A stretch of 64,000 nucleotides of DNA from Candidatus Eiseniibacteriota bacterium (GCA_963717935.1 CAVQXP010000004.1:1728001-1792000); one strand, 5' to 3'. Positions 1-9,350 are shown, counted from the first letter of the stretch. The notes: generated by a model from the letters alone, not told the origin. Translations and numbers: made by a program.

Positions 1-1026
1 GCTCTCGAGGCGGAAACGCTGCCGACAGGTCAAGCGGTGGAGCGCCTCCTCGAGCGGTGCGGGCGGCAGGTTCGCTCCGTATGCCACCAGCGACGCGAGG
101 TCGCGGCGGAGATCGCGCCAGGCGGCTGTATGGCGCAACGCCGCGTGCTCGCGCATGGGCAGCACGCCGGCGTCGACCAGCGTCTCGCGCAGCGAGGCCG
201 CGTCGGGCGGCAGGTCCATGAGCGGCAGGCGTGCCGCACGCGCCAGGATGCGCTGCCAGGTCGCGCGCGACAGCGGCTCGTCGGCCTGCCACGCGGGCTC
301 GATCAGGCCGGCGCGCTCTGCCCAGTCGAGATAGGGCCCCGCCCAACTCGTGTCGGCGCGATGGGCCGGCAGCCGCTGGTCGACGAAGGGGAGGGGGTCC
401 ACGGTGGCCTCGTTTTCCCAGCGCACCGCCGGGTCGCTGGTCTGATGCACCTCGAAATGCAGGTGCTCGGCGGTGGCGTGTCCGCTGCGCCCGACCTTGC
501 CCAGCGGCGCGCCGGCCCAGATGCGCTGGCCCTCACGCACGAGGGGCGAGCCGCTGCGCAGGTGCGAGTACACGCTGTAGGCGATGTCGCCGTCGAGCAG
601 GCGGTGGGCCAGCACGACGTGGCTGCCGAAGCCGCTGCCGTCCGGGCGATCGCGGACGACGACCACCAGGCCGTTTGCCGCCGCGTGGACCACGTCGCCG
701 CCCCGGCCGTTGCCCAGGTCGGCTCCATAATGGACATTGCCGGAGATGGTGAAGCCACGCAGCAGGCGCCACTCCGGCTCGCCGGCCGGGGATGGCCGGG
801 TGAAGTCGCACGCGGCCCCCAGCGGCCAGGTCCACGCGCCCGCCCACGGCCAGCGCGCGGCGGTGGAGTCATCGAGCGGCAGCAGCCCGCCGAGCAGGAG
901 CGGCGGCTCCTGGGTGGCCAGAGCAGGGAGGAGCCGCTCCCTGGCGGCCAGCACGGGGACGGCCAGCAGTATGGCCAGCGCCGCGAGGACGGGACCGGCG
1001 CGCCAGGGCTTCTGGGGCCGCCGCAA
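1..1026 (-). CDS. M23-family metallopeptidase with N-terminal membrane anchor and SLH-like C-terminal segment; 3' end outside window
   Basis: Manual translation (absent from ORF track because it runs off the edge): HYGADLGN (HxxxD), GFGSHVVLAH, YSHL, GKVGRSGHATAEHLHFEV (HxH). Start uncertain (TTG at 1026). Confidence 0.85.
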   Translation of the reverse strand, partial: MRRPQKPWRAGPVLAALAILLAVPVLAARERLLPALATQEPPLLLGGLLPLDDSTAARWPWAGAWTWPLGAACDFTRPSPAGEPEWRLLRGFTISGNVHYGADLGNGRGGDVVHAAANGLVVVVRDRPDGSGFGSHVVLAHRLLDGDIAYSVYSHLRSGSPLVREGQRIWAGAPLGKVGRSGHATAEHLHFEVHQTSDPAVRWENEATVDPLPFVDQRLPAHRADTSWAGPYLDWAERAGLIEPAWQADEPLSRATWQRILARAARLPLMDLPPDAASLRETLVDAGVLPMREHAALRHTAAWRDLRRDLASLVAYGANLPPAPLEEALHRLTCRQRFRLES

Positions 1027-1031
1027 GACGA

Positions 1032-3878
1032 TCAGCGGAGGACCACGAGGCGCTGCGCCGCGCCGGGGGCTCCGCGGGGGCGCACGAAATACACGCCGGC
1101 CAGCCAGGGGCGCGTCAGGGCGGATCCCAGGCGGCCGTGGAGTTGCGCTCCCTGGGGCTGGAGGTCCACCACGGCCACGCGCCGCCCCGCCAGATCGTAG
1201 ACATCGAGCGCTCCGCACACCGTCTCGCCGGCCGCGGACCCTGGCGCGGCGCCCCAGCGGAACTCGACATCGCGGCCCGCACGCACGGGATTGGGCCGGA
1301 TGGAGAGCCGCGAAGGCGGGGCCACCGCGACAGGTTGCGGGGCCGCGAGCACTCCGGGCGAGTCGGTGACCCGGCAACGCTCCATGAAGCGGGGCACCCC
1401 CCCGGGGAAGCTCCGGTAGAGCACGATGGGGTTCCCCGGCCAGGAGGCGAGCACGGCGGGCAGCACTGCGGCGCCGTCCACCACCTCCGTGACATTGGTG
1501 CTGTTCGCGTCCCAGCCCATGCTGGGGTGGCGCCGCCGGTAGCGGATCTGCGTGACTCCGCTCACCGAGCGCTCGAACACGACGTGAAGGCCGCCCGCGG
1601 GGTCGAGCATGAGCCGTGCCCTGGCGAGCGTGCTGTTGCTGGTCTCGAGTACCGTGTCCTCGGGCGCGAAGCCCCCGTAGGTCCAGCGACGCTGATAGTG
1701 CAACTCGCTCCCGGTCGAGCCGCTCTCGATCCACAGGCTGTGCAGGGTGCCGTTCGGCTCGGCCATCGTCGAGAGCCAGGTCTGGGGCAGCACGCTCGGG
1801 GGTGTCAGCGTCATGGGGAGAGCGGGGATGGAGTCGGGCCCGCAGCGCGAGAACTGGAGGAGGGGCGGCCAGAACGCGTTGTCCGTCCAGGTCACGATGG
1901 CCCCGCCCATCGGCATGGCCGTGACGAGCGGGTTCGCGGGCGATGCGTCTGCACCCGAGACGGTGAACGGCTGCCCGTAGGGTGACAGGTAGGGGAACCG
2001 CATGTACTTGATCTCCGGCAGGCCCTGACCGATCACGACCCAGGCGACGTAGACGCCGCCCTTGCTGTCAGCCCCGATGGACGGTGCCCGGTGCTCGCCC
2101 GCGAGCGTGCTGAGGACCTGCTCCGGCGTCCACACCCCGCCGACGCGGGCGCGGTAGAAGAGGCGGGGCGCGCCCTGCCGCGTGTCGCTCCAGACGAGCG
2201 CGAGATCGTCGGCGCCCAGCAGGGTCAGGGCGGGCTCGAAGGCGTTGCCCGAGGACTGCGAGACCACGACGCCGGCGTCCCACGTGCCCGCGTGCCGCGA
2301 GCGCAGCACGACCTGGAGGTGGTCGAAGCGCAATTCGCTCGCGACCGAGTAGCCTGTCCCGTCGGCCGTCAGCGCAGCCGTGCGGGCCGGCGTCTGCGCC
2401 TCGACCGGCGAATAGGCGCCGACCGTGCGGTCGGCGGCCGGCTCCCAGCCGATGGCGCGGACTTGCGCGAGGAAGCTCATGCCCTCCGCCACGGGGGCGA
2501 TGTCGAAGAGCCCCACGCCCATCGGGGCGCCCAGGAAGGTGAGGGTGTTCGGCGGCGGCGTGCCGTCGAAGAGCGATGCACGGCCGCTGGTGCCCGGGTA
2601 CGCGTCACCCGCATCCCCGCGATTGATCCCCTGGGTGAGGTCGAAGGCGCCGTTCGCCTCGACGACGACGAGCCCCGGGATCAAGCCCGAGTTGACCGTG
2701 TTGGACTCGATGCCCTGGCCGATCACCGCCTCGTCCACGTGATAGACGATGAGTCCGTCCGCGGGCAGGTTGCGGTCGAAGCCCTCGCGCCGGCGGGCCT
2801 CGACGAGGAAGTGCTCTGGATTGGCCTCGCCCTGGAACGAGAGTTCGAGGATCTGGGTTCCGCTGCCGAGCGGGGAGAGCACCACCGGGGTGTCCTCCGT
2901 GGGCCGCAGCGTCTGCGTCCAACCCAGGAAGAGCGCGGGCCACGCCCCCAGGTGGGTCGGGTACTGGGGCGAGTGGCCATCGCCTCCGTAGACTCCGGTG
3001 CCCATCAGCGACCAGTTGCCGGGGCCCGCGTTGATCGTCCCTCCGTCACGGGTGTCGTAGAGATCCGGCAGGCCGAGGGCGTGCCCGAACTCGTGGCAGT
3101 AGACGCCGATCTCCGAGATCTGCCCGGGGGCGAAATAGGAGAGCTCCGGCAGGGTGGAGAAACGGTCGATGCGCATGTGCTGCGTGAGCGAGCCCGGCAC
3201 GAGCTCGCCGGTCTCGTAGGCGGTGGTGCCGGTCCAGTAGCCGGCGAGCCGGGAGGTGATGGACCACAGGTCGTTCTTGAAGCGGTCCGGTGCCGCCTCG
3301 CCCGGGAGGCCGGCATGCACCACCCAGAGCATGTCCACGAAGCCGTCGCGATCGAGATCGAACTCCGACCACTTCACCTGCGAGGCGCAGGCAACCAGGG
3401 CGTCGAGGACCAGGCCGGCGGAGTTGTGAGGTGTGGCCGTGCGCGACAGCCCGAAGCTGTTGTATCCGTAGTAGAGCTTGTCGTTCGGTAGTTGCACCGT
3501 CGCCACCACGCGCCCCAACACGCTCAGCCTGTCACCCGAGGTCCAGCGATAGTAGTCGTGGAGCGAGCCCGTGGTCGTGGCCTGAGTCGTGTCGAACAGG
3601 GCAAGGTCGAAGTCGGCGCTGCCGTAGGCAAGCGGCGCGTCCGTGTAGGAAACGAGGATGACGGGGATCCGAAAGATCGGCTGGGTGGCGCTCACGCCGA
3701 GCCCGGTGGGGCGGGCGGGAAGCTCGAAGAGCCCGTCGCGGAACGCGGAGGACACCTCTGCGGGTGGGGGGCCCGAAACCGGGGGCATGGTCGCCCCGGC
3801 AGGCGCGGCCAACATGGCCAGCGCGACGACGGCCCAACGGATGAGGAGCATCGCAAATCGGGACACGGGCACCTGCAC
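1032..3878 (-). CDS. Secreted M6-family (immune inhibitor A-like) metalloprotease with repeat domain and C-terminal Ig-like sorting-type domain
   Basis: Signal peptide; DLDRDGFVD, HAG, CHEFGHALGLPDLYD zinc motif, GNWSLMGTG; C-terminus IRPNP...DVYDLAGRRV...AGVYFVR...LVVLR. Confidence 0.88.
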   Translation of the reverse strand: MQVPVSRFAMLLIRWAVVALAMLAAPAGATMPPVSGPPPAEVSSAFRDGLFELPARPTGLGVSATQPIFRIPVILVSYTDAPLAYGSADFDLALFDTTQATTTGSLHDYYRWTSGDRLSVLGRVVATVQLPNDKLYYGYNSFGLSRTATPHNSAGLVLDALVACASQVKWSEFDLDRDGFVDMLWVVHAGLPGEAAPDRFKNDLWSITSRLAGYWTGTTAYETGELVPGSLTQHMRIDRFSTLPELSYFAPGQISEIGVYCHEFGHALGLPDLYDTRDGGTINAGPGNWSLMGTGVYGGDGHSPQYPTHLGAWPALFLGWTQTLRPTEDTPVVLSPLGSGTQILELSFQGEANPEHFLVEARRREGFDRNLPADGLIVYHVDEAVIGQGIESNTVNSGLIPGLVVVEANGAFDLTQGINRGDAGDAYPGTSGRASLFDGTPPPNTLTFLGAPMGVGLFDIAPVAEGMSFLAQVRAIGWEPAADRTVGAYSPVEAQTPARTAALTADGTGYSVASELRFDHLQVVLRSRHAGTWDAGVVVSQSSGNAFEPALTLLGADDLALVWSDTRQGAPRLFYRARVGGVWTPEQVLSTLAGEHRAPSIGADSKGGVYVAWVVIGQGLPEIKYMRFPYLSPYGQPFTVSGADASPANPLVTAMPMGGAIVTWTDNAFWPPLLQFSRCGPDSIPALPMTLTPPSVLPQTWLSTMAEPNGTLHSLWIESGSTGSELHYQRRWTYGGFAPEDTVLETSNSTLARARLMLDPAGGLHVVFERSVSGVTQIRYRRRHPSMGWDANSTNVTEVVDGAAVLPAVLASWPGNPIVLYRSFPGGVPRFMERCRVTDSPGVLAAPQPVAVAPPSRLSIRPNPVRAGRDVEFRWGAAPGSAAGETVCGALDVYDLAGRRVAVVDLQPQGAQLHGRLGSALTRPWLAGVYFVRPRGAPGAAQRLVVLR

Positions 3879-4118
3879 GAACCGGTTGTCTCAGGTTGAG
3901 TGAACGGCCCCGGTCACGACGTCATCAGTATCATCGGCGCAGTCGCCGCCGCGGGTCAAGAGGCCTCTGCCGAGCGACTCTTCCGGGAGAACGACCGCGG
4001 CAGGAGCACCGCCGGAAGCGGCCCCGGAGCATCCCGATGCGGCGCCCCCACGGAGCGTCCCGACGGTGGAAGGCCCGCGAGGGCTATGCTAGCGTGCCGC
4101 CTCGTGCGGCGGCTCCTC

Positions 4119-5378
4119 ATGGGACACCGGCTTTGCGGCACCTTTGCCCTCGGGCTGGCCCTGTCGGCGGCCTGCCCCCTGGCCGCGTGCGGGGCCCGTG
4201 ACCTGCCCCCGCTGCGCGCTGGCTCGCCGCCGTTGTTCACGGCCGACGTGGCGATCTCCCTCGACGGGGAGGGCCGGCCGGCGCTCGCCGTTTCGGTGAG
4301 CGTGCCCTACCCGGAGTTGCAGTGGGTCCTGATCCCCGGAGGCTATGGCGCGGGCGCCGAGATCATGGTCTCCCTGGAGCCGGAGAAGAAGGGCGGGCGC
4401 GTGTTCGGAGACGTGTGGGAGCGGCGGCCCGGCGTGCCGGCGTTCGAGCAGACTCTGCCGGCTTCCTCGGTGGTGTCGGACTCGCGGACCTTTCCGGTTC
4501 CGGCCGGCCGCTACCGCGCGCGGATCTCGGTGCGGGACCTGTATGCCGGTCTCTCTTCATCGGCCTCGGAGGAGATCGACGTGCCCGACTATTCGCACGT
4601 TCCCGTCGGGCTCTCCGACCTGGACCTGGGCACGGCGGACTCGGCCGGGCGCTTCACGCCGGTCCCGGCGCGCACCTTCGGCCTCGAAGTGGGCCGACTG
4701 GCGGCCCGGGTCGCTCTCTTCGACCGGCGGCCGGGGCCCTGGCCCCGGTCCTACGCCCTCCGATACCGTATCCTCGACGACCAGGGCCTGGAGGTCCGGG
4801 TCGGTCAGCGGGAGGTGATGTTGGCCCGCTCGGCCGAACCGGTGCTCGTACGTCCCGCGGAGAGCGACCTCTTCCTGGGCCGCTACGTCTTCGAGGTCGG
4901 CCTGGGTGAGGGCCGGTCGCGCTGGCGGGCAGACCGGTCCTTCGAAGTGGAGGAGAGTGGGCCCCCCCGGGGCAAGGAGTTCATCCGCATGCTCGAAGTG
5001 CTCTCGTACATCGCCGAGCCGGGGGAGGTCGGGCGCATGCGTTCGCTGCAGCCCGAGGCGCAGGCGCAGGGCTGGGAGGAGTTCTGGCGCCGGCGTGATC
5101 CGGCGCCCGGTACGGGGCGCAACGAGGCCCTGATCGAGTTCTTCCGCCGCGTGCGCTACACCGGGACCCACTTCCAGGGCTTCGGCCCGGGCTGGCGCTC
5201 GGACATGGGCCGGATCTACGTCAAGTACGGGCCGCCCGAGCAGATCGAGACCCGCTCCGCCGTGACCGGAACGGCGGCGCTCGAGGTCTGGACCTACGGC
5301 CGTCCCTTCCGCCGCTTCGTCTTCGAGGATCGTGACGGGTTCGGCCGCTTCGTCCTCGTGAGGCCCCCCTTCGAATGA
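4119..5378 (+). CDS. GWxTD domain-containing exported protein
   Basis: FWRRRDP...NEALIEFFRRV...GWRSDMGRIYVKYGPPEQI...EVWTY; hydrophobic N-terminus from ATG 4119 (track start 3900 probably too long). Confidence 0.85.
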   Translation: MGHRLCGTFALGLALSAACPLAACGARDLPPLRAGSPPLFTADVAISLDGEGRPALAVSVSVPYPELQWVLIPGGYGAGAEIMVSLEPEKKGGRVFGDVWERRPGVPAFEQTLPASSVVSDSRTFPVPAGRYRARISVRDLYAGLSSSASEEIDVPDYSHVPVGLSDLDLGTADSAGRFTPVPARTFGLEVGRLAARVALFDRRPGPWPRSYALRYRILDDQGLEVRVGQREVMLARSAEPVLVRPAESDLFLGRYVFEVGLGEGRSRWRADRSFEVEESGPPRGKEFIRMLEVLSYIAEPGEVGRMRSLQPEAQAQGWEEFWRRRDPAPGTGRNEALIEFFRRVRYTGTHFQGFGPGWRSDMGRIYVKYGPPEQIETRSAVTGTAALEVWTYGRPFRRFVFEDRDGFGRFVLVRPPFE

Positions 5379-6178
5379 CCCGGCTCACTCATGCGGTCGT
5401 TTCGCTGGCGGCGCTGGACGTGCGGCGCCGGCCCGAGCACGGGGCGGAGCTCGGCAGTCAGCTCCTGCTGGGCGAGGTCGTACGAATCCTCGGCGGGCGT
5501 CCCGGCGGGCAGTGGTGGCGGGTCGAGAGCCTTGCGGATGGTTACCGCGGCTGGGTCCGGGGCTGGGGACTCGTCCGCGCGCCGGCCGCCCGCGCCCGTT
5601 CGTGGCAGGCGAAGGCGGCCGCCCGCGTGGCCGTCGCGGTGGTCGAGGCGCGGACCGGGCCCGGCCGGGGCGCGCTGGTGAGCCCGCTGTTCCTGAACGC
5701 CCGGGTCATCGCCGGTCGGCGCCGTGGCGCCCATCGCCGCGTCGAACTGCCCGACGGGCGCAGGGGCTGGGTGCCGGTCGCGTCCCTGGCCTGCCGGGGC
5801 GAGAAGCCCGCGCTCCTGGAGAGGGTCCTCAGCCTGCTCGGGGTCCCGTATCACTGGGGCGGACGGACGGCGCTCGGGTTCGATTGCTCCGGTTTCACCC
5901 AGCAGGTACTCGCCGAGCAGGGCGTGAGCCTGCCGCGCGATGCCGTGCGCCAGTTCCGGGCCTCGAGGCGGCTCTCGAGCGGAGAGCAACCCGAGCCGGG
6001 CGACCTCGTCTTCTTCGCAGCTCCGGGGCACCCCCCGGGGCATGTCGGGATCGGGTTGGGCGGGGGGTACTACGCCCACTGTCGAGGGATGGTCAGAATC
6101 AGCTCGCTGGAGTCGTCTAATAAGTTGTACGACAAGGAGATAGCGCCTCAGTGCGTGGGGTGGACGAGGCCCGGGTAG
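5375..6178 (+). CDS. NlpC/P60 (C40) peptidoglycan peptidase with SH3-like domains
   Basis: SQLLLGE, DGYRGWV, LPDGRRGWV, LGVPYHWGG, FDCSGF, LPRDA, GDLVFF, GHVGI; ATGA overlap with upstream gene. Confidence 0.92.
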   Translation: MTRLTHAVVSLAALDVRRRPEHGAELGSQLLLGEVVRILGGRPGGQWWRVESLADGYRGWVRGWGLVRAPAARARSWQAKAAARVAVAVVEARTGPGRGALVSPLFLNARVIAGRRRGAHRRVELPDGRRGWVPVASLACRGEKPALLERVLSLLGVPYHWGGRTALGFDCSGFTQQVLAEQGVSLPRDAVRQFRASRRLSSGEQPEPGDLVFFAAPGHPPGHVGIGLGGGYYAHCRGMVRISSLESSNKLYDKEIAPQCVGWTRPG

Positions 6179-6222
6179 GTCCGGGGTGACCTCCGGCGGA
6201 GCCTGGCGGCGGGAGATTCGAC

Positions 6223-6252
6223 TTGACAGGCTTTCGTGGCTTTCCCTACTTT
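6223..6252 (+). promoter_or_regulatory. Sigma70-type promoter for the major OMP gene
   Basis: TTGACA (6223-6228), 18 nt spacer, TACTTT (6247-6252). Confidence 0.65.
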
Positions 6253-6489
6253 CCCCGCGGGCGTGTGCCAGGGGCCTAGGGTGAGAACCCAAGGTCTTGG
6301 CTACTTCTTGGTGAGCTCCACCCGCACGGAGGCGGTGGAGCCTTTGCCTTGCTAGAACAATCGATGAAGAACTCATGAAAGGAGGTGGGGCTCCGAACTA
6401 GACCGCGTGGCAGTGCCCCGGCCATCCAGACCGGTGGTGATTCTGTTTCGTGGATTTCGTGGCTCTCTCGTAGCAAGGAGGCTGTTCCT

Positions 6490-7842
6490 ATGAGTTCTCG
6501 AATGATGAAGTGGTTGCTCCTGGCGTCGGTCCTCTTGATCGCGTTCCCGGTCGTGGCGGGTGCCTCGACCTCCCGCCTGGCGGGGATGGGGACCCAGGGT
6601 GACTACATCAAGGATTACGCGAACATCTTCGGGTATCCGTCGTGCGTGCCCAACGTGGGCAACCTGGTCTACGGCGAGTTCGGCGTGGTCACGGACTACG
6701 ACGAGAACTGGAGTGAGTACTTCATGACCGAGGACCGCGCCGTGGGCGCCGTGCTCGGGAACCTGTTCGATGGCCGGTTCGGCACGTTCGGCATCCACAT
6801 GCGTGAGTATGCCCCGGCGCTGGGCACCGGCTTCCAGCCGTACGTCTCGTATGACGGCTACATCGACGAGTACATCCTCGGGACCGGCTTCGAGACCTTC
6901 GCGCCGTACCTCGACCCCAACGTCCCCGGGAGCACCGGCTACACGCCGTACTGGAACGAATACGGCACCGAGGCCTTCGACCTGATGTGGGGCAAGAAGT
7001 TCAACGCCATGTCGCTGGGGCTGCGGCTGAACCGCTCGGCGTACAAGTACACGCAGACCTCGGGCGGCACTGAATCCACCTATGAGGGCTACGAGCCCTA
7101 CGACCGGAACGTCCTTGGTTTCGGCGCGGGCCTCGGCTACGAGCACAGCCCCACGCTGCAGAGCGAGGTGGGGCTCCTGTACCAGAGCCGCACGTTCAAG
7201 TGGGAGAACACCGACGGCGACGTGTACGAGAACGACGGCGGTGGTGCGTACCTGGTGTCGGCCCGCATGATGTGGCAGTGGCAGCCGAACGTGCTGGTGG
7301 TGCCGGTCGTGCGCCTCTACTCGTTCGACAACTCCTGGCAGGAGACGTACGTGGACCCGGCCGTCGAGGACATCACGTACGAGGCGACGCAGTCGGGCTG
7401 GCAGGCCGGCGTTGCGGGCAACTGGACTCTCAACCAGAAGGATCTGTTCGTGGCGGGCGTGACGTTCGCCTCGAACGTCTGGGACTACAAGACCAGCGAC
7501 TACAAGTACACCGAGAGCCTGATGCCGACGCTGTTTGCCTCGCTCGAGACCAAGGTCAACTCGTGGCTCACGCTGCGCTTCGGTGGCCGCAAGGGCGTGT
7601 TCTACTCGATCAAGTACGAGGACACGGACCCCGCGCTCACGGATCCGGTCGAGAACAAGGAGAGCTCGTCTCCGTTCCAGTTCTTCACCGGCGCCGGCGT
7701 GAAGCTCGGGACGCTGCAGTTCGACGCGACCCTGGCGCAGGACTTCTTCCACAACCCGGCGACCTACGTCACCGGCAGTCCCAACGGCCAGAACTACTAC
7801 TCGTCGTTGTTCCCGAAGGTCACTGCGACCTACACGTTCTGA
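6490..7842 (+). CDS. Outer-membrane beta-barrel protein, probably abundant, with FadL/PorV-like N-terminal motif
   Basis: AAGGAG RBS before ATG 6490; signal peptide; SRLAGMG...DYANIFGYP; alternating beta-strand pattern; C-terminal KVTATYTF beta-signal. Confidence 0.8.
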   Translation: MSSRMMKWLLLASVLLIAFPVVAGASTSRLAGMGTQGDYIKDYANIFGYPSCVPNVGNLVYGEFGVVTDYDENWSEYFMTEDRAVGAVLGNLFDGRFGTFGIHMREYAPALGTGFQPYVSYDGYIDEYILGTGFETFAPYLDPNVPGSTGYTPYWNEYGTEAFDLMWGKKFNAMSLGLRLNRSAYKYTQTSGGTESTYEGYEPYDRNVLGFGAGLGYEHSPTLQSEVGLLYQSRTFKWENTDGDVYENDGGGAYLVSARMMWQWQPNVLVVPVVRLYSFDNSWQETYVDPAVEDITYEATQSGWQAGVAGNWTLNQKDLFVAGVTFASNVWDYKTSDYKYTESLMPTLFASLETKVNSWLTLRFGGRKGVFYSIKYEDTDPALTDPVENKESSSPFQFFTGAGVKLGTLQFDATLAQDFFHNPATYVTGSPNGQNYYSSLFPKVTATYTF

Positions 7843-7864
7843 TCCCGGCCGTAGAAACGAATAC

Positions 7865-7899
7865 GAGGGGGACGCCTCCGGGCGCCCCCCTCGGTCTTT
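7865..7899 (+). terminator. Intrinsic terminator-like hairpin after OMP gene
   Basis: GAGGGGGACGCC-TCCG-GGCGCCCCCCTC followed by GGTCTTT. Confidence 0.6.
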
Positions 7900-7916
7900 C
7901 GGGTCCCCCTGCCGCC

Positions 7917-7973
7917 CCGGGACCCGGTGTCGCCCGGGCCCCCGCCGCCGGGACCCGGTGTCGCCCGGGCCCC
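7917..7973. repeat. Tandem direct repeat, two copies, 31-nt period
   Basis: CCGGGACCCGGTGTCGCCCGGGCCCC at 7917 and 7948. Confidence 0.8.
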
Positions 7974-8135
7974 TGCCGCCGGCCCGGCCGGCCCGGTTCC
8001 GCCCCCGCTGCCGCTGGCCGCCCCTCTCGAAGTTCTTGCGTTGACATGGCCCGCGTAAGCTTCCCCTTCAGGTAGACAGCCGCTGCTAGACTCTCCCGGG
8101 TCATGAGGTCGGCCCCGTTTTCGGACAGATCTGAA

Positions 8136-8993
8136 CTAGACTGCCGCCCCTCCTGAGGCACGTTCCTGACCCTGTTCGGCGAACTCGCTGGGGGTCAGGT
8201 TCCCGAGCGAGCCATGCGGCCGGCGGTGATTGTAGTCGAGCCGCCAGGCCTCGATTCGGTGCCGCACATCCTCCATCGAAACGAACTCGTTCACGTTCAG
8301 GCATTCGTCCCGCAGCCGCCCGTTGAAGGACTCGATCAGCGCGTTCTCGATTGGCTTACCGGGGCGGATGAAATCCAACTCGATCCCGCGCTGCCAGGCC
8401 CATTGGTCCAGCGCCTTGGAGGTGAACTCGGTGCCGTGATCGACGGTGATCGCCTTGGGCAAGGGACGCCTCCAGGACGCCCGATCCAGCGCTTCCGCGA
8501 CCGCCTTCCCAGTCAGCGAAGAACCCGCCTCCAGCAACACACTCTCACGACTCCATTGATCGATCACCGTCAGCACCCGAAATGGCCGCCCGTCGGCCAG
8601 TTGGTCGTGCACGAAATCCATGCTCCAGTGGACGTTCGCTGCCGTCGGACGAGGCACCGGGCCCCGGTGCAGGCTCATCTGCTTCCGCCGCCGCACCCGC
8701 ATCCGCACCTGCAGCCCTTCGAGGCAGTACAGCCGGTGAATCCGCTTCCGGTTGACCTGCCAGCCCTCCCGACGCAGCAGCGTGTGGATCCGCTCGTAAC
8801 CGAACCGCGGGCGGGCCTGGGCAATCTCCCGGATCCGCAGCCTGAGCCCCGACTGGTCCTGCGCCTGCGACTTGTAGTACCAACTCGCCCGCTGGATCAG
8901 CGCCAGCCGACACGACCGCCGGACGTTCACCTGGAACCGCTCGTGGATCCAGTGCGCCAGCGCCTTGCGTCGCGTCGGCTTCAGGCCTTTTTT
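8136..8993 (-). CDS. IS3 transposase OrfB (DDE integrase core), expressed by -1 frameshift from OrfA
   Basis: RFGYERI, WSMDFVHDQL, TVDHGTEFTS, PGKPIENALIESFNGRLRDECLN, YNHRRPHGSLG; no stop from frameshift site to 8136. Confidence 0.93.
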   Translation of the reverse strand, partial: KKGLKPTRRKALAHWIHERFQVNVRRSCRLALIQRASWYYKSQAQDQSGLRLRIREIAQARPRFGYERIHTLLRREGWQVNRKRIHRLYCLEGLQVRMRVRRRKQMSLHRGPVPRPTAANVHWSMDFVHDQLADGRPFRVLTVIDQWSRESVLLEAGSSLTGKAVAEALDRASWRRPLPKAITVDHGTEFTSKALDQWAWQRGIELDFIRPGKPIENALIESFNGRLRDECLNVNEFVSMEDVRHRIEAWRLDYNHRRPHGSLGNLTPSEFAEQGQERASGGAAV

Positions 8994-9247
8994 CGGAGCG
9001 CCTCCTGCAGGATGTGCTTGTCCAGTGTCAGATCCGCCACCACCCGCTTCAGCCGGCCGTTCTCCTCCTCGAGCTGGCGCACCTTGCGCAGCTCACCGAC
9101 CCCCAGGCCTGCGAACTTCTTCTTCCAGACATAGAACGTGGCCTCCGCGATGCCCAGCTGCCGGCAGACGTCCCCCACCGGGGTGCCCGCTTCAGCCTGG
9201 CGCAGCGCGTAGGCCACCTGCTCTTCCGTGTACCGCGACCGCTTCAT
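8981..9247 (-). CDS. IS3 transposase OrfA (HTH)
   Basis: MKRSRYTEEQVAYAL...VCRQLGIAEATFYVWKKKF...LEEENGRLKRVVADL; ends in CGA AAA AAG GCC TGA. Confidence 0.93.
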   Translation of the reverse strand: MKRSRYTEEQVAYALRQAEAGTPVGDVCRQLGIAEATFYVWKKKFAGLGVGELRKVRQLEEENGRLKRVVADLTLDKHILQEALRKKA

Positions 9248-9318
9248 CGCTCCCCCTCCGGGTAGGCCTCCGGAGGGCAGCATGCTCTACTTCTGACCTG
9301 CCGCGAAATCCTGGGACG

Positions 9319-9350
9319 ACGGCCCGTGGGGGGGTGCTCCCACGGGCCGT
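9319..9350 (-). terminator. Hairpin after the lipoprotein operon, abutting the IS end
   Basis: ACGGCCCGTGGG-N8-CCCACGGGCCGT, perfect 12-bp stem. Confidence 0.6.

Larger units (their letters stand above)
8104..9324 (-). mobile_element. IS3-family insertion sequence (IS407-like), about 1.2 kb
   Basis: orfA/orfB pair with A6G slippery site; end TGAGGTCGGCCCCGTTTTCGGACAGATCTGAACTAG at 8104 is an imperfect inverted match to 9287-9324; no target duplication seen. Confidence 0.9.

Noticed and set aside
7917..7973. Direct repeats as a mini-CRISPR
   Set aside because: Only two copies, 5 nt apart, no spacers and no cas genes.
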